Below, one piece after another: positions 11,994 through 24,950 of a stretch of 64,000 bases of DNA. Position 1 is the first letter of the stretch. Each line of letters begins with the position of its first letter. The stretch is from Zootoca vivipara (taxonomy: Eukaryota), in assembly GCF_963506605.1 (NCBI RefSeq), contig NC_083282.1, forward strand, positions 62,620,001-62,684,000. Direction: 5' to 3'. The position numbers and the translations under genes were made by a program. The notes beneath the pieces are model-generated. The model saw only the letters and a list, made by a program, of their open reading frames with translations. It ran no database searches and was not told the DNA's origin.

Positions 11994-12390
11994 CCTATAC
12001 CTTTTTAAAATGTGGCTCTTTTCTGGGGGGGGGGGCGTCGGCGTGTAATTGGGTTGTTGTTTTTATTTGATTACATATGTTGTGATCTTTTCTGTGAACC
12101 GCCCTGAGACCTCCCAGGTATAGGCCGGTATAAACTCAATAAATGAGGATAATGATGATGATGTATTTCAGGAATAAGAAAAGGCATGGGGCATTGGGGC
12201 ATCCCTTTGGAATGCTGAGGCAGAGATCTGGACAAGATTGTGTTCTTCTAAGCTTCCTCTATCCCTAAAAGCTTTTCCATTTTGGTTTTCTTCACAATTG
12301 GAATGGGATGGTTCATTGTGCCCTTACAATAGTATGGTAGGTTATGCTATGACTGCTGTGGAGAACCATTTAAGCGAGGTCTTCTCTATA

Positions 12391-12404
12391 CCTCTAGGTG
12401 GCAC
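12391..12404 (+). promoter_or_regulatory. Candidate CTCF core motif
   Basis: CCTCTAGGTGGCAC resembles the CTCF core CCACTAGGTGGCGC. Motif match only. Confidence 0.3.
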
Positions 12405-15064
12405 CATAGAACTTTTCTCATTTGCGCTGTCTCTTTCTCCCGCAAACTTAGGAGTGAGACTGGAACCTCCTAGATAGCTACCATATCTCATGAGATGTTA
12501 AAGCATCATCTTTACCACCACTATTCCTCATAAAGATTGCTTCACAAACAAGATTTCTCATAAGTCATCGATTCAAAAATTTCAACCAGATGCTACTACC
12601 ACACCAGCGTGATAAACAAACCTTGAAGATGACCAATCAAGAATAAAAAAGCAGCGGTTCCATAGACATTTCCCCTTCTCCTCTTAGGAGCAAATGTCTA
12701 GTAAAAGGAACATGGAAACTGATACAGCAGCTTTATTGTCCAGACTCTTCACACTCCTCTCATTAACTTCACAACTCCTTAAATGTTTCTGCATGTGTGA
12801 CTCGAAATTGCCTTTGGCCTAAATGGGTTTTGTAATGCAAATGGACAAGCTATGCTGAGGCTAATGTACATTTTATTTCCCTTCTGTGTGCTATACCATA
12901 TTAACCAGATGCACATGTAACACACAAAATGCAAGAGAGACTCAAAGGCACATCTCACTTCCATGTGTGATAACTTATTGAGAAGAGTGATGTTTACTGT
13001 GCTTGGCTGCCAGAATGAGACATGCTAGATCTCAGATCTTCCTCACCCCTTGTCTCTAACCTTGGAACCCTTCCCTGGTTTATGGAGGCAAGTTTTGAAA
13101 ATTCAGGGGTAAATAAAATGGGGCTTTGGACACATTCAGTTGCAGTGTCATTATTTTCAGTCTTCCAAGCATGGTGTTGAAACCAAGTTAGAGTTCCGAA
13201 AACACACACTCTATAATGGCAGACCTGAAGCATTTTGATCCTAAAAATTGTCCCAAGCAGAAGCCATTGGACTGCATCAACTCTTTGGTTATCCAACTTT
13301 TCTGGGATCTGAGAGTGGGTGTATGAATGTGCAGACAAACAACAACAACAACAACATTATTTACTTGCATTATGTAGGATCATGTTCAGACTGCAATCTG
13401 ACTGTACTATGTGAATAAGGTAAGAGGCAAAGTTTTCCGCAAGCAGCTTAAAATTTCATGAAATATACATAGAAAGGGGAGAGAAAACAGAGTGGGGAGA
13501 TGCAACACACACCAGTGGCAGGGAACCCCTGACCTGAACCCTGATTTCTCAGTATTCAGTATTTGCAAAACATTGTGACTGAATTGCAATGACTCTTGTG
13601 GTCCCTTCCAATTCTACAATTCTACGAAATCATTCTCTTTGATAAGAAGCTAGACCTGTCAGTCACAAAAGAGCTCTCCCTCCCCCCTCTTCCCACCCTT
13701 GTGTTTCAATTTTTGCACAACTTTTTTTTTGTAACCCTGTATTGCTCCAAATCATTTCAGGGCATTTTGGAGAGGCCCCACTGTGGCTTGGACAAACCCC
13801 AAATCTGTGCAAAGTGGTCCAGCTTTGTTCTTGATTTGGGAGACATAAAAATCTGATGCACGCCCCTCATACTGGAGGCTGAAAATTCTAATTTCGTTAC
13901 AGGATAACTGGATTGCTCTGGTATACAGTATTTGTTAGCACATACCCAGATGGTTCAAATTTCGGGGACTGAATGTAATAGCTAGGCTTCTCAGCGTGTG
14001 CTGCTGGGCAGAGCCATCCACTACAGAATTCCATCAAATCCTGATGAGAAATACTTGAGCTTAATTGGGATGAGCATGTTAAAGGTTCTGTCTAAGAGAT
14101 GGCATTCCTGAAATGCATCTCATAGCCCAGTGGTGATAGCTGCCAGAGCAGGTCATACCTAATCACTGCTACAATCAGGCTGTATTATTAATGCCTGGTT
14201 ATTTCCAGATAACCCTTTGGAAGTGCTGCCAACATGGCATAAGCATAATTTGAGCCATGTTCACCCCTGCCTTCTCCTTCATTTATTGTATGCTACATTT
14301 CCCCCAGAACTAAGGCCAGGAGGGTCTTGACTAATTTAACCATATAACTAGGAAAGCATATACCAAGTACTGTAGAGAATTGCAAAGGGAGCACACTGTT
14401 AGCACTCACTTTAGTTCGATGCCTAGGCCCTAGTTATTTCTATATAGTATTTTCAAACACTCAGCCAATTAGGAGGTTGTGTTATTTTACCAGCTTTCAC
14501 ATAAATTGCAGTTGCTTTGCCACTCAACAGTGTGACAAACATCTAGCCACTTTAATCCAAACCACCTGCTTGTTATAGGCCATGTGAACATGAAACAGAA
14601 GAAGACTGGATTTGGAAGTGGGAGAGCAAGATTCATATCTTTGCCCAAACACAAAATTGCATTGGTCTGGTTTGGACATAATGCTGAATGATGGTTTAGT
14701 GTTATGTGCATGGATTCATGTGCCTGGACTCCCCTGGTGTGGTTGTTAAGATGAAGATTGGAAGCTTTTTGCTTCTGTGTTCAGTTAACCACAGTTTATC
14801 AATAGATGGGAGCCCTAATCTTAACAATGGTTTCGGGAAACGAGCCAACTTCACAAACCACCACCTGAAGTTGGATTGTTTCCCTAAGCCATAATTAAGA
14901 GTAAGCAAAGTTTTTCCAGGTTTTGACATAATGATAAACTGTCATTATGTCAAAAATAGAAGTGAAATCTTCCAATTTCCTCCTTGCAGCTGTACCTGAG
15001 GAAGAGATGTCAGAGCAGAGTGGATTAACCCAAGGCTTGTTTACATACTGCTAAACCATAGCAG

Positions 15065-15455
15065 GGGACACGGGTGGCGCTGTGGTCTAAATCACTAAGC
15101 CTCTTGGGCTTGCCGATCTGGAGGTCAGCGGTTTGAATCCTCGCGACGGGGTGAGCTCCCGTTGCTCAGTCCCAGCTCCTGCTAACCTAGCAGTTTGAAA
15201 GCACCCCAAAAAGTGCAAGTAGATAAATACCGTAGGTACTGCTCCGGAGGGAAGGTAAACGGTGTTTCTGTGCACTGCTCTGGTTTTGGTGTTCTGTTGC
15301 GCCAGAAGCGGCTTAGTCATGCAGGCCACATGACCTGGAAAAACTGTGAAGCAGACAAACGCCGGCTCCCTTGGCCTGTAAAGTGAGATGAGCGCCACAA
15401 CCCAAGAGTTGATTGCGACTGGACTTAACTGTCAGGGGTCCTTTACCTTTACCTT
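15065..15455 (+). mobile_element. Sauria SINE
   Basis: Head GGGACACGGGTGGCGCTGTGG and (ACCTTT)n tail. TSD TAAACCATAG at ~15052 and ~16103. Confidence 0.9.
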
Positions 15456-15460
15456 TAAAC

Positions 15461-16099
15461 CAGTGATGGGCAACCTTTTGAGCTTGGTGTGTCAAAATTC
15501 GCCAAAAAACCGAGCATAACTCGGGTGGTGTGTCACTTCGAGAAAAAACCGATAATTTCACGATATTTATAGTTTAAATAATAAAAATGTATAATTGTAA
15601 TACACAACTGTATTTAATAAACCAAAAACCAATTATTTAACCTAACCAAACCAAAAAACCCTTATTTACCACAAAGTGCCCAGACTTGTTGAGCTTTTTG
15701 GTGGGAGCTGCTGACCAAAGTTTTGGAGGTTTTTGGGGGAGGTCCAAAAGTTGCTTTGCTATGGGGGGGGTAACCCAAAACTGCTGTGCTTCTTTTTTTG
15801 GGGGGGGGGGAGAACAGAAATAAATGACGAATAATACCTTCACTGGAACTAGAACACAGCATCGACATAGTCTGCCAAAGCGCCAAAAAACCCAGCACAG
15901 AGTGGGTTAAAAAAACCAATCTCTGGCTACCAGCAGCAACTACAAAAAAGGAACCGGGGACAAGCTGTAGTGTGAGGAGGAGTAGGAGAACAAATGGGGG
16001 GGGGACAACAACAGCGCAAATTGGCCGATGGGGCATGTGCCAGCAGGGAGGGCTCTGTGTGTCACATCTGACACGCGTGTCATAGGTTCGCCATCACTG
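15461..16099. mobile_element. Non-autonomous hAT element, Myotis_hAT1/hAT1-like, 639 bp
   Basis: TIRs CAGTGATGGGCAACCT and (revcomp) CAGTGATGGCGAACCT, perfect 8-bp TSD CTTTAAAC, and subterminal TGACACGCGTGTCA. Confidence 0.88.
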
Positions 16100-18301
16100 C
16101 TTTAAACCATAGTTTAGCATTACACCAAAATGCAGCTATAGTGTGGCCTTGGACAAGCCAGTTTCTCTCCTGAACTTACCAAGTTTGTTATGAGGCTGAA
16201 ATATCTTTAAGATGTCCTGTAACCTGTTCTGAGTGACGCCTGAGATATGGTGTGGGGGGGAATTAAAAGATGTCTCAAGTCCTAAAATACCTATTGTAGT
16301 TCAGTTTCATTTATGCTGCCCTGGGAGTTACATATATAGAGGATAATAAGTTTTAGAAGGGGGAGGGGAGAACTATTTAATCTTTCAGTTATAGTAACAT
16401 ATACAGTATATGCAGGGATTCAAATAGCGAAAATTCAAAAGCAGAGTTTTCTATTGAGTTTCTGAGTTATAATCTATTCAGGCATATTTGTACTATGGGG
16501 GTGGGAATCATTCCCCCGATGTTTCCAAATATAGGGAAGCTGAGGTTTAGCTCACAAAGGATGAAATATTGCAAAAATCCATATACAGCAGGAGTATACA
16601 GTTCCCATTCATACAAGCATAAGCTGGATGCTAGTTCATTGAAAACAAATTTTGAAAGGGCTGCCTGGGTTTTCAGATCAGTGTATGGAAGTGATGAAAC
16701 GGCAACATTCAACAATAATTGAGATTTGGTGATAAGCATACAGTAGATGGAATTATCACCACATTCCAGAGTTATGTGAGCTGGAACCATGCTGCATGAA
16801 CAGCATATTGCAGATAGCTCACACTTTTCAACACTTGTTATCAATCCACACCTGCATAACACACCTTGCATCAATAGCTTCTGTTTGTTGTTTAAGCCAT
16901 TGGCTTCCTGTACTCTAGAAATTCCAGAATGGGAATCCCGGCCATCAATTGTTAGTTTAATTACCTTGCTTCCTTGCTGTTTCTGAAGTCCACAACCCTT
17001 AATTTCTTATTTTCAATGGAATTGGGGTGCCAACTTGAATAAAATATTTTTTTGGGGGGGAAGTAAACCCTGCCCAACATAATTCATCATAAGACGTAGT
17101 ACATGCATATCGTTTGAATGACAATGCCTATTATATCCACAGGCCATTATTTATCTGCACTGATAGGCAATAAACTGGGGTATGTGATTGTGACACAGTG
17201 GGAGGTTCATATGGTAACAAAGAGAAACACATGCTCCATCAGCAGTTCAATGTTTTTGACAAGACTTCTGAAGAACTGCCTGTTTGGAGCTTCTAGAAGA
17301 TAATTCCCTTTTAAAAGGCTGTTGCTCCTTTCTAATGATGAGAAGAAAAACCGGTTCCAGGACAGTGTTGGAAAGCAGTTTGTTTATTTGGCACCAACGT
17401 TTAATTTCTAAGATGAGAAGATCCAGGAATTAGAAGTCTGCTTGGCATTCACGTCATCTGCCTCTTGAAGACCTTTTACTGTAATCCTGAGTTTAGAGAG
17501 TCGGGCAGCGGTTGTCTCTTGATGCACACGGTCAAGAAACACTTTTTGTTATGATTTCTCCATGTAGTCTGGGATACAGACCCTGGATAGAGACCCTGGT
17601 GCTGAGTCATGGCACCAAGTTCCATTGGGCATCATTTAGGTGTTTTTACTTGGCGTTGCAGGGTAAAAAGAATAACCCTGCAAAAACATGCAGCCATAGT
17701 TTTGCCTGTACAATGTCTTACTGGGGATACCATATAGGAAAGAAACATGGCTGACCACAAGGGTCCATGGAGGCAGGCATGTTTCCCACCCCTGCTATAT
17801 AAGCCAGTTGTAGCATGTGAGATGAGGTGCCACCTTTGCACTGCAGCTCGCCAGGACTGGGATAGGGTGGGGGAGTGGCAAGGGCAGAAGAAACGCCAGG
17901 TTGGCAGCAGTGGAGGGTGGGGAGAAGAAAAGAAAGCCAGACCTTGGAACTCCAGAACTGGCAGGAATTCCAAAGCAAGCCCACATCTGACCCACACATT
18001 AGTTCACCAGGTGGCCACTTAGCTGAGCCTGCTTTGTGATTCAGATTCTTCAGAGTCCTCCCCTATCCAAAAGGGCTTTCCTTCATAAGTCTCTCTCCCT
18101 TCCAATCTCCCCCTTACCATTTGACCCTCACTTATTGCATCTCCTACAAATAAGTTTGATGTTTGCTTGTTTACAATCAAGTGGTGTATAAATTTTATGA
18201 AACAACAAATGAACATGACTCCCCCCAAGTAATTTAGGCAGCAAATGAGGTCATTTAACAACCCAGTCCAACTTTTTGGGTGTCTGGCCAATTGGGTCTT
18301 G

Positions 18302-18303
<2 letters not shown>

Positions 18304-18371
<68 letters not shown>
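18304..18371. repeat. (CT)n microsatellite
   Basis: Direct reading. Confidence 0.95.
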
Positions 18372-18375
<4 letters not shown>

Positions 18376-18446
18376 ACAGACTGGTAGGGTGGGGGATCAA
18401 AGCAAAAGAAAGCTGCCAGAACAATAGGGGGTAATCCCATACAGGG

Positions 18447-18586
18447 AACTCCCCATTTACACAGGCGTGGCGTTCCAAGGCACTGCACATGTCAGTAGGA
18501 CCTGTGCAAGCCTGCCCTCGTGGTGCCAAAAACCATGTGTGCATCAGCGGACGTATACATGCTAGTCACGTGTAAATGGGGAATTG
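18447..18586. mobile_element. Short palindromic MITE-like element
   Basis: Inverted ends TCCCCATTTACAC...GTGTAAATGGGGA. Confidence 0.45.
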
Positions 18587-20001
18587 CCTGTGCTTCTCTC
18601 CTGTCTCTTTCACTTTCAATAGCCCCTGTAACAGGGAAGATAAAAACTGGGGGAGGGGGAATGTGATGGAGTGGTTGGAACCCTGAATGGAAGCACTGCG
18701 CACTGCAACATTTTGATGCAGGGTCTCACTTGTTTATGGCAGTATTTTTACTTCTAGGGTGAAGAGCGCATGAAATGTCTGCTGCAGTGCAAAAATAATG
18801 TGAGCAGCCTTGGAGCACCATGGAGCTTGACTTGGGTGCGGAGGGAGTACAATTTGCTGTTCCACGACAGACCTGAGAATGTCTTGCTATGGCGAGTGTG
18901 TCTCTACAGCCAGGGCACTGCTAAAGAAGATATGTTCATCTGTATGCAGCCTCAGCTACTGGTTAACAGAGCTGCCTCTACTGCTCAGGAGAAGTGTGTT
19001 GAAGAATGAAGAAAGACCCTTTTTGCTCTCGAGACACAGTTACAGCATATAAGGAACAGAGCATTACCAGAGGAACAGCTGAACTAGAATATGAATTGTA
19101 GCAGATATGGGTATGACCTAGCCAAGGTTAATTGCTTTGAAGTCACCCTGATACAAACGGGAAAGAGAGCTAAGCATGTGCTTAACTCTCCCAGCAAATT
19201 TTTATAACCTGATCATGAACAATCAGAAGTCTAGCCAAGCTACCCAATTGGAATTCCATTCTACTTGAAGATGGCAGTCTTAGAAATTATTAACTCAGGT
19301 TAGAGCCTGCCCTTTATTACCCTTATCATGAAAAAGAATAGGAAACACTGCTGACCTAAGTTCAGTGCGGTTCATTTCAGAACAATTCCCAGAGTCATCA
19401 TGCATCAAAAATATATACTGTAGTTAAATCTTCCCTGTATGGATTTCTCTGTACAGTATGTGGGTTGCCACTTGGAGTCTTCTATTATTTAGACCAATGA
19501 TTTTCAATCTTCCTACCGTCAAGGAACCATGTCCATATTGTTTATTCTTATAGCAGCTATGCCTCTGGAACCATGTGGTGGCAGGGAAGCAGTTTTTGGT
19601 GGTTGCAGTTGAACAGCAGCACGCTGGGAAGGGCAAGTCCTGTTTCCTGTCATTGCATCTGCTCTGAAAATCTGGTTCTGCTTTTCACTGAAAGAATAGG
19701 CCAACAGGATTGTTGATGGGCTGAAGTTTTTACACACACAATTCCATATACTGTGTCATTTGGCCTTGAAGAACTCTTGTATTACAGCAAATTGGATGTG
19801 CACATGCATTCTAGGGTGCACAATGCAGTAGTCCCATATGATATAAGGACTCACTGTAGAGTATATCCAGCACTGTCCTGGATATACTGTCCTACAGCAC
19901 TGTCCTACAGCTGCAGATTGAAGGAGAACCTCAGTAATGATGAGCATTGATCAAGAGTACATTATTGATCCTGTCCTTGAGGAACCCCTGAAAAGCTTCC
20001 A

Positions 20002-20360
20002 AGGAACATAAGAACATAGGAAGAGCCTGCTGGATTAGGCCAATGGCCCATCTAGTCCAGCATCCTGTTCTCATAGTGGCCAACCAGATTCCTGTGGGAA
20101 ACCGACAAAAGCAGGATTCGAGAACTGGAGGACTCTCCACTCCTGTGGTTTCCATCAACTGGTATTTGCAGCCCCAGAAGCCCCAGGGATATAGTTTGAA
20201 AGTTACTGATTTAAACAGTTGCCTCTGAGTGGTTTTTGTATGTTTGTTAGGAACATAAGAGGAATCCTGCTGGATCAGAGGAAAAGGTGTATCTGTTCCA
20301 GCATTCTGCTCTCAGAGTGGCCATCCAGGTGCCCATTGGAAGTTCACAAACAGGATATGA
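20002..20360 (-). mobile_element. Two tandem CR1-type 3' tail fragments
   Basis: AACATAAGAA...GCCTGCTGGAT...CATCTAGTCCAGCATCCTGTTCTC...GTGGCCA motif twice. Related copies lie at ~10655-10725 (+), ~23200-23275, ~30263-30325 and ~46416-46499 (+). Confidence 0.6.
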
Positions 20361-22369
20361 GTGAAATAACATTCTTTGTGAGGTAAAAAAAAAGGTGGCT
20401 ATTTTAAATGTGTCGGTGTTTAAATGAACGAATGTACAGAAATGGAACATCCAGGATTCTGCATGTGGAGAGAGAAAGGGGAAATCGCAAAACTCTAACT
20501 CTTGAAAGTCTCAAGGCTGCATCCCAGCCAAGGAATGCACACAGCAGGGAGACAACTCTTTATTGTCAAAGAGAACACAGCTCTGGAGAACTACGCAAAC
20601 CAATCTGGTGTCTAGGCAGCTGTTCCCAGGTCTGTGTTCTATGGAACAGCTGCAGCAAATGGGAGACACCCCCCTCCCACCAGTTTATGTACCTTCCCTC
20701 AATGAGCTGCGCATGTAGCCAGAGTCTAGGCTTGCATGGAAGCTGCTTCTGCTCTTCCTGCTTCAATTCTATCCTGGTTCTGGGAGACAGAGGTGCAGGG
20801 GAGGGTGGGGAAGCAATTGAACTTCCATTTGGCTCCAAAACTGGGACAAAGACAGCACTGAAGCCCTTGGACCAACTCACCCCCCCATTTCCCCTTTGAA
20901 ATCTGTCTGTTAACATGTTATGACAGACTTAACTTCATACCCCCACATTTAGACCAGATTTTAATGGCTCCACCCATTCCTTCCTGTAAGAAGACATTTA
21001 TAGGCCTGACGGCACAATGGCCACATAGTTTAAACCAGAGTAGTACAATATATGCTGCAAATGCAATCATAGCCAAAGTAGGCAGGATTAATACATGCAG
21101 CAATATCCTTGTTTTGTTTCCAATAAACCTGCTCAGTGTAGAAAAAGGACCTGTGTTTATAAGGCAGCTGGCTGCAAATCGAACTGTTGGGAGCTGTTGC
21201 CAAACCTGTGTTATTTGCAGCTCCACCAGATAAATCTCTTTGCCGTTTCCCTAAGAATAATAATTGAGCCAACAGGCTAAAAAGAGGACTGCTGTGAGTA
21301 ATATTCCTTCTCAGTGACCATCTGGCTCCCAGGGGCTTTCAAATTGGTATCAAGAAGATGCAGAAACCTGGGCAAAAATTTATACATGAACTATTAAAGA
21401 AACTTGGTCAGTAAATTACAGAATTCTCAGAATGCCCTTTAAAGGCTTGTAGGGGCAAACCCCACACTCACCCAGACATAATATTAATTCCCAGATGGGT
21501 AAGTGTCATCCATTTTCTCCCTTACAAGACTAGTCAGCACATGAAGTTACTGCTTTTAGGCCTCTTGTTTGCCTCCAGTTTTTAGCAGCACATAATACTG
21601 CCCACTTCAAAAGATTGTGGAGAGTGATTGGTTACTCTTTGCAGAATGCTTTGAAACGCTGAAAAATATGTGTGAAATGGTGAGGCATTTGGGAATCTGT
21701 AACAGAAAGTTATGATTAAATGTTTTGCTGGGTTGGGTTCTATTCAATTTTCCTGAAATGGGTCTGCAGAATTGTTCTTAAAATAGAAACCCCATTTGTT
21801 GCAGTTCCTTTAAGCAGAGGTGGGGGGATCTTTTTCAGCCCAAGGACTGCATTCCGTTCTGGGTAACCTTCTGGGGGTCACATGTAAAGTGGTAGCAGGG
21901 CCAAGGGCTAAGCAATGAATGTCAATTTTTCATTTACACAGTAGGGTAGTTTCTGCACATATTTGCCGGCAGTAAGAATCATTTTCAGCCAGGCCAAAAC
22001 ACTTGAGGTGTCAGTGTGTGCAAAGTAGAGCTGGTGAAGGATGCAATTACGGGAGGTGTATGGCCTTGAGAGAATCCTGAGGACCAGACAGAGATGCCTA
22101 GAGGGTCACATTTGGTCCACTGACTTGATGTTTACCTTGACAGCCAGGTCATTTAGACTGCCTGGCATAAGATGTCTCTAGGGAGGGAATACCCGGGGCA
22201 CTTGGAGAGCTGGAGTAGTCCAATAGGTAGAGAACTGAACTTAGTTCTGTGTTATGGCCACGAATCAGAACTCCATGGAGGCAAAGTGCTCTGGCAACTG
22301 CAGCTCTACAGAAGAGATGGATACATACCCTGGTCCATCCCATGTGGACCCCTTTCCTAGAGCCTAAGG

Positions 22370-22575
22370 CAGAGCTTTCCAAACTGTGTGTCGTGACATG
22401 TTAGTGTGTCGGCTACAGTGTGTAGGTGTGTCACATGAACACTCCCTGAGTTCTTCCTGGGGCTGGAAAGGAACTAGTTTAACCTCCAGTTTGCTAGTAA
22501 AACTGAATTACTGTATCGCGAAATCATGCACGCCTAAAACGTGTGCTACCAACATGAAAAGTTTGGAAAGCTCTG
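22370..22575. mobile_element. hAT MITE
   Basis: Perfect 16-bp TIR CAGAGCTTTCCAAACT and 8-bp TSD GCCTAAGG/GCCTAAGC. Confidence 0.85.
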
Positions 22576-22795
22576 GCCTAAGCAGACAACTCTGCTGCCA
22601 GAAACTGATGGTCCTGAGAACCCTGAGGAGAAATCTTCACAGTTGGAAACCCATTACTTTGAAAGAGTCAACAGCTGCAGAAGGAGGCACTGGCCTTCTG
22701 GAGGAGAGGATTCTAGTCAATAGCTACATAGTCCTGCTATAAAATTCAGTCATTGCTCCTTGATGAGACAACTTGGATGTTTGGCTCATATTTGG

Positions 22796-22816
22796 AGCAC
22801 TATCCATGGTGCTGAA
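22796..22816 (-). promoter_or_regulatory. Candidate RE1/NRSE (REST binding site) in SYT6 intron 3
   Basis: Minus strand reads TTCAGCACCATGGATAGTGCT against the consensus TTCAGCACCACGGACAGCGCC. Canonical 21-bp spacing is intact. Confidence 0.7.
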
Positions 22817-23067
22817 CATGCACCTTGATCTCCAGGTTGCCAACCTTTGCGTTGCCCTGCCTTGCCATCTTGCTGTACTGCCTGTTTGTGGAACCAAGAA
22901 CTATTGACCACCCATTGCTTCAATTATCACCCCTCTTTGGTGTTAGGTATCTCCATGGATCCTGATATTCTGGAAGACCTTGTTCCAAGCCCCAACCTTG
23001 CGATTAATTCATTCTGCAGCCTTGGGGAAATCATTAGGACTGTGCAGATGATGATGATGATTGATAA

Positions 23068-23166
23068 TTTATTATTTATACCCCACCCATCTGGCTGGGC
23101 TTCCCCAGCCACTCTAGGCGGCTTCCAACAGAAAAATTCAATACAATAATCTACTAAACATTAAAC
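23068..23166 (-). mobile_element. L2-type LINE 3' tail fragment
   Basis: TTTATACCCCACCCATCTGGCTGGG...CCAGCCACTCTAGGCGGCTTCCAACA. Confidence 0.55.
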
Positions 23167-24211
23167 AGATGTTACTTCTGAAGAGACTGAATGCACAGAC
23201 ATAGGAACATAAGAGGCTGCCTTATTCAGAGTCAGACCATCAGTTCATCTAGCTCAGTACAATTCTACATTGACTTGGGAAGGGCTGTTGCATGCAGATG
23301 GTCCTGGGTTCAATCCCTAACAAGCTAGAAGTAGTTTATGAAATGAACATATAACATCACTCTTTTTGAACCTTTTGGCAACCATGACCTGCTATATCTA
23401 GCAAGTACCTAAACACTCCAAAATCAATGTTAAGTTGCACTCTATTATTTATATTTTTCCATGCTGCTAAGCAATTAAGAAAACATCCTTCTATAATAGT
23501 TGATGATCTCTGATTTTACATTTTAATGTGGTTTTAATGTATATGGATGGATGTTGTAAACTGCTTTGACCTTTTTATGAAATAGTGATATGCAAATATT
23601 TTACATACATACATACATACATACATAGTTTGTTCATATAACTGGAGAAACACAGGACCAAACTGGGTGTTATGTGCTGCTTCCCCAATCTCAATCATCA
23701 CAAGCATACATGAAAGGACAAAGATACATTATTACATGCATCTTTGTATAATGCGTAAAGTTGCCCACAGCAGTGTGATTTTCAGCCTGGCTGAGAAGTG
23801 CCTTTCTTGCTCCAGAAAGCAAAACTGTCTCCAAAGGCAGAATGTGCACTGGCAGTGCTCATATCCATTTATTTGGAAATTGCAATACTTTTCAAAGATA
23901 CAGATTGGCTTTATTTATTCTGAAAGTGCATCCCAGCAACATGAATTAGAAAGGAAAAAGTGACTGTCACCAGAAAAGGGAATAAAAAGAAGAATTGAAT
24001 CAAATGAATTCTGAAAAGTGTAATCTAATAATACCTAGATAGAATTCGGTGATCTGGGCTATAAGGGGAAGAACAGAATACATTATTTCATAGGATCACT
24101 TTTTGACCTTCTGATCTGTGAATATATTGAATCTTCAAGAAGCTCAATCTAATGGGCACAGCCAAAAGTCTTTGGATGGGAAGATGAGCAATGCTTTCTA
24201 GAAACCACACA

Positions 24212-24950
24212 CTTGAAAGTGTCAATCACTTCTCCTACCTGGGTAGTTATCTTTCCACAAGGGCTGACATTGGTGCCAAAATCCAGCATTGCCTGAGCTC
24301 TGAGAGTCCAGCTTTCTCCTGATTGAAGTGCAGATTGTTTGAGGATCGAGACATTCGCAGGGAAACCAAAATGCTTGTTTACAAAGCTATTGTACTACCA
24401 ACCTTACTGTATGGTTGTGAAACATGGACCACTAATAAACACCATATCCAACTCCTCAAAAGATTCCATTAACGGTGCCTCCGAAATTTTTTACATATCA
24501 CTTGGGTAGACAGGTGAACTAATTCCAGTGTACTGGAAGAAGCAAAGACCGCCAGTGTTGAAGCAATGATTCTTCTACATCAACTTTGTTGGACTGGTCA
24601 TTGATAATTTTCTTCCAAAGCAACTACTCTACTCCAAACTTCAAAATGGTAAGCATAAGGCTGGCAGTCAACAAAAGAGGTTTAAAGACTCTCTCTTTCT
24701 AACAAAATGTAGTATAAACACTGACAATTGGGAAACATTGGTCTGCGAGCACTCCAATTGGAGAACAGCCTTTACCAAAGGTGTCATGGACTTTGAAGAC
24801 ACTCAAACTCAGGACAGAGAGAGAAATGTTCTAAGAGGAAGGCACATTTGACAAACCCTCACCATGATCAACTCCTGCCATGGAAGGACATGTGGATCCA
24901 GAATTGGCCTCCACAGTCACTTACGGACTCACTGTTAAGACTGTGTTCTG
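24212..24950 (+). mobile_element. RTE-clade LINE 3' fragment (degenerate RT C-terminus)
   Basis: Remnant peptides HFSYLGSYLSTRADI and KMLVYKAIVLPTLLYGCETWT, plus the zinc-knuckle end RIGLHSHLRTH. Confidence 0.8.

Larger units (their letters stand above)
11343..12144 (+). mobile_element. L2 LINE 3' end (host of two nested hAT MITEs)
   Basis: GGGCCTTCTCTGCAGTGGCTCCC...TGGAATGCTCT...AACCAGGCCTTTG, followed after the inserts by TGTGAACCGCCCTGAG...GGTATAAACTCAATAAA. Confidence 0.65.
14667..16138. mobile_element. Old palindromic MITE (PIF/Harbinger-like) hosting a SINE and a hAT MITE
   Basis: The left end TAATGCTGAATGATGGTTTAG is an imperfect inverted match to the rejoined right end CTAAACCATAGTTTAGCATTA. 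Confidence 0.45.

Noticed and set aside
18245-18544. ORFs with ERERER / LSLSLS runs (also 32068-32469 and 44364-44621)
   Set aside because: These are translations of (CT/GA)n microsatellites.
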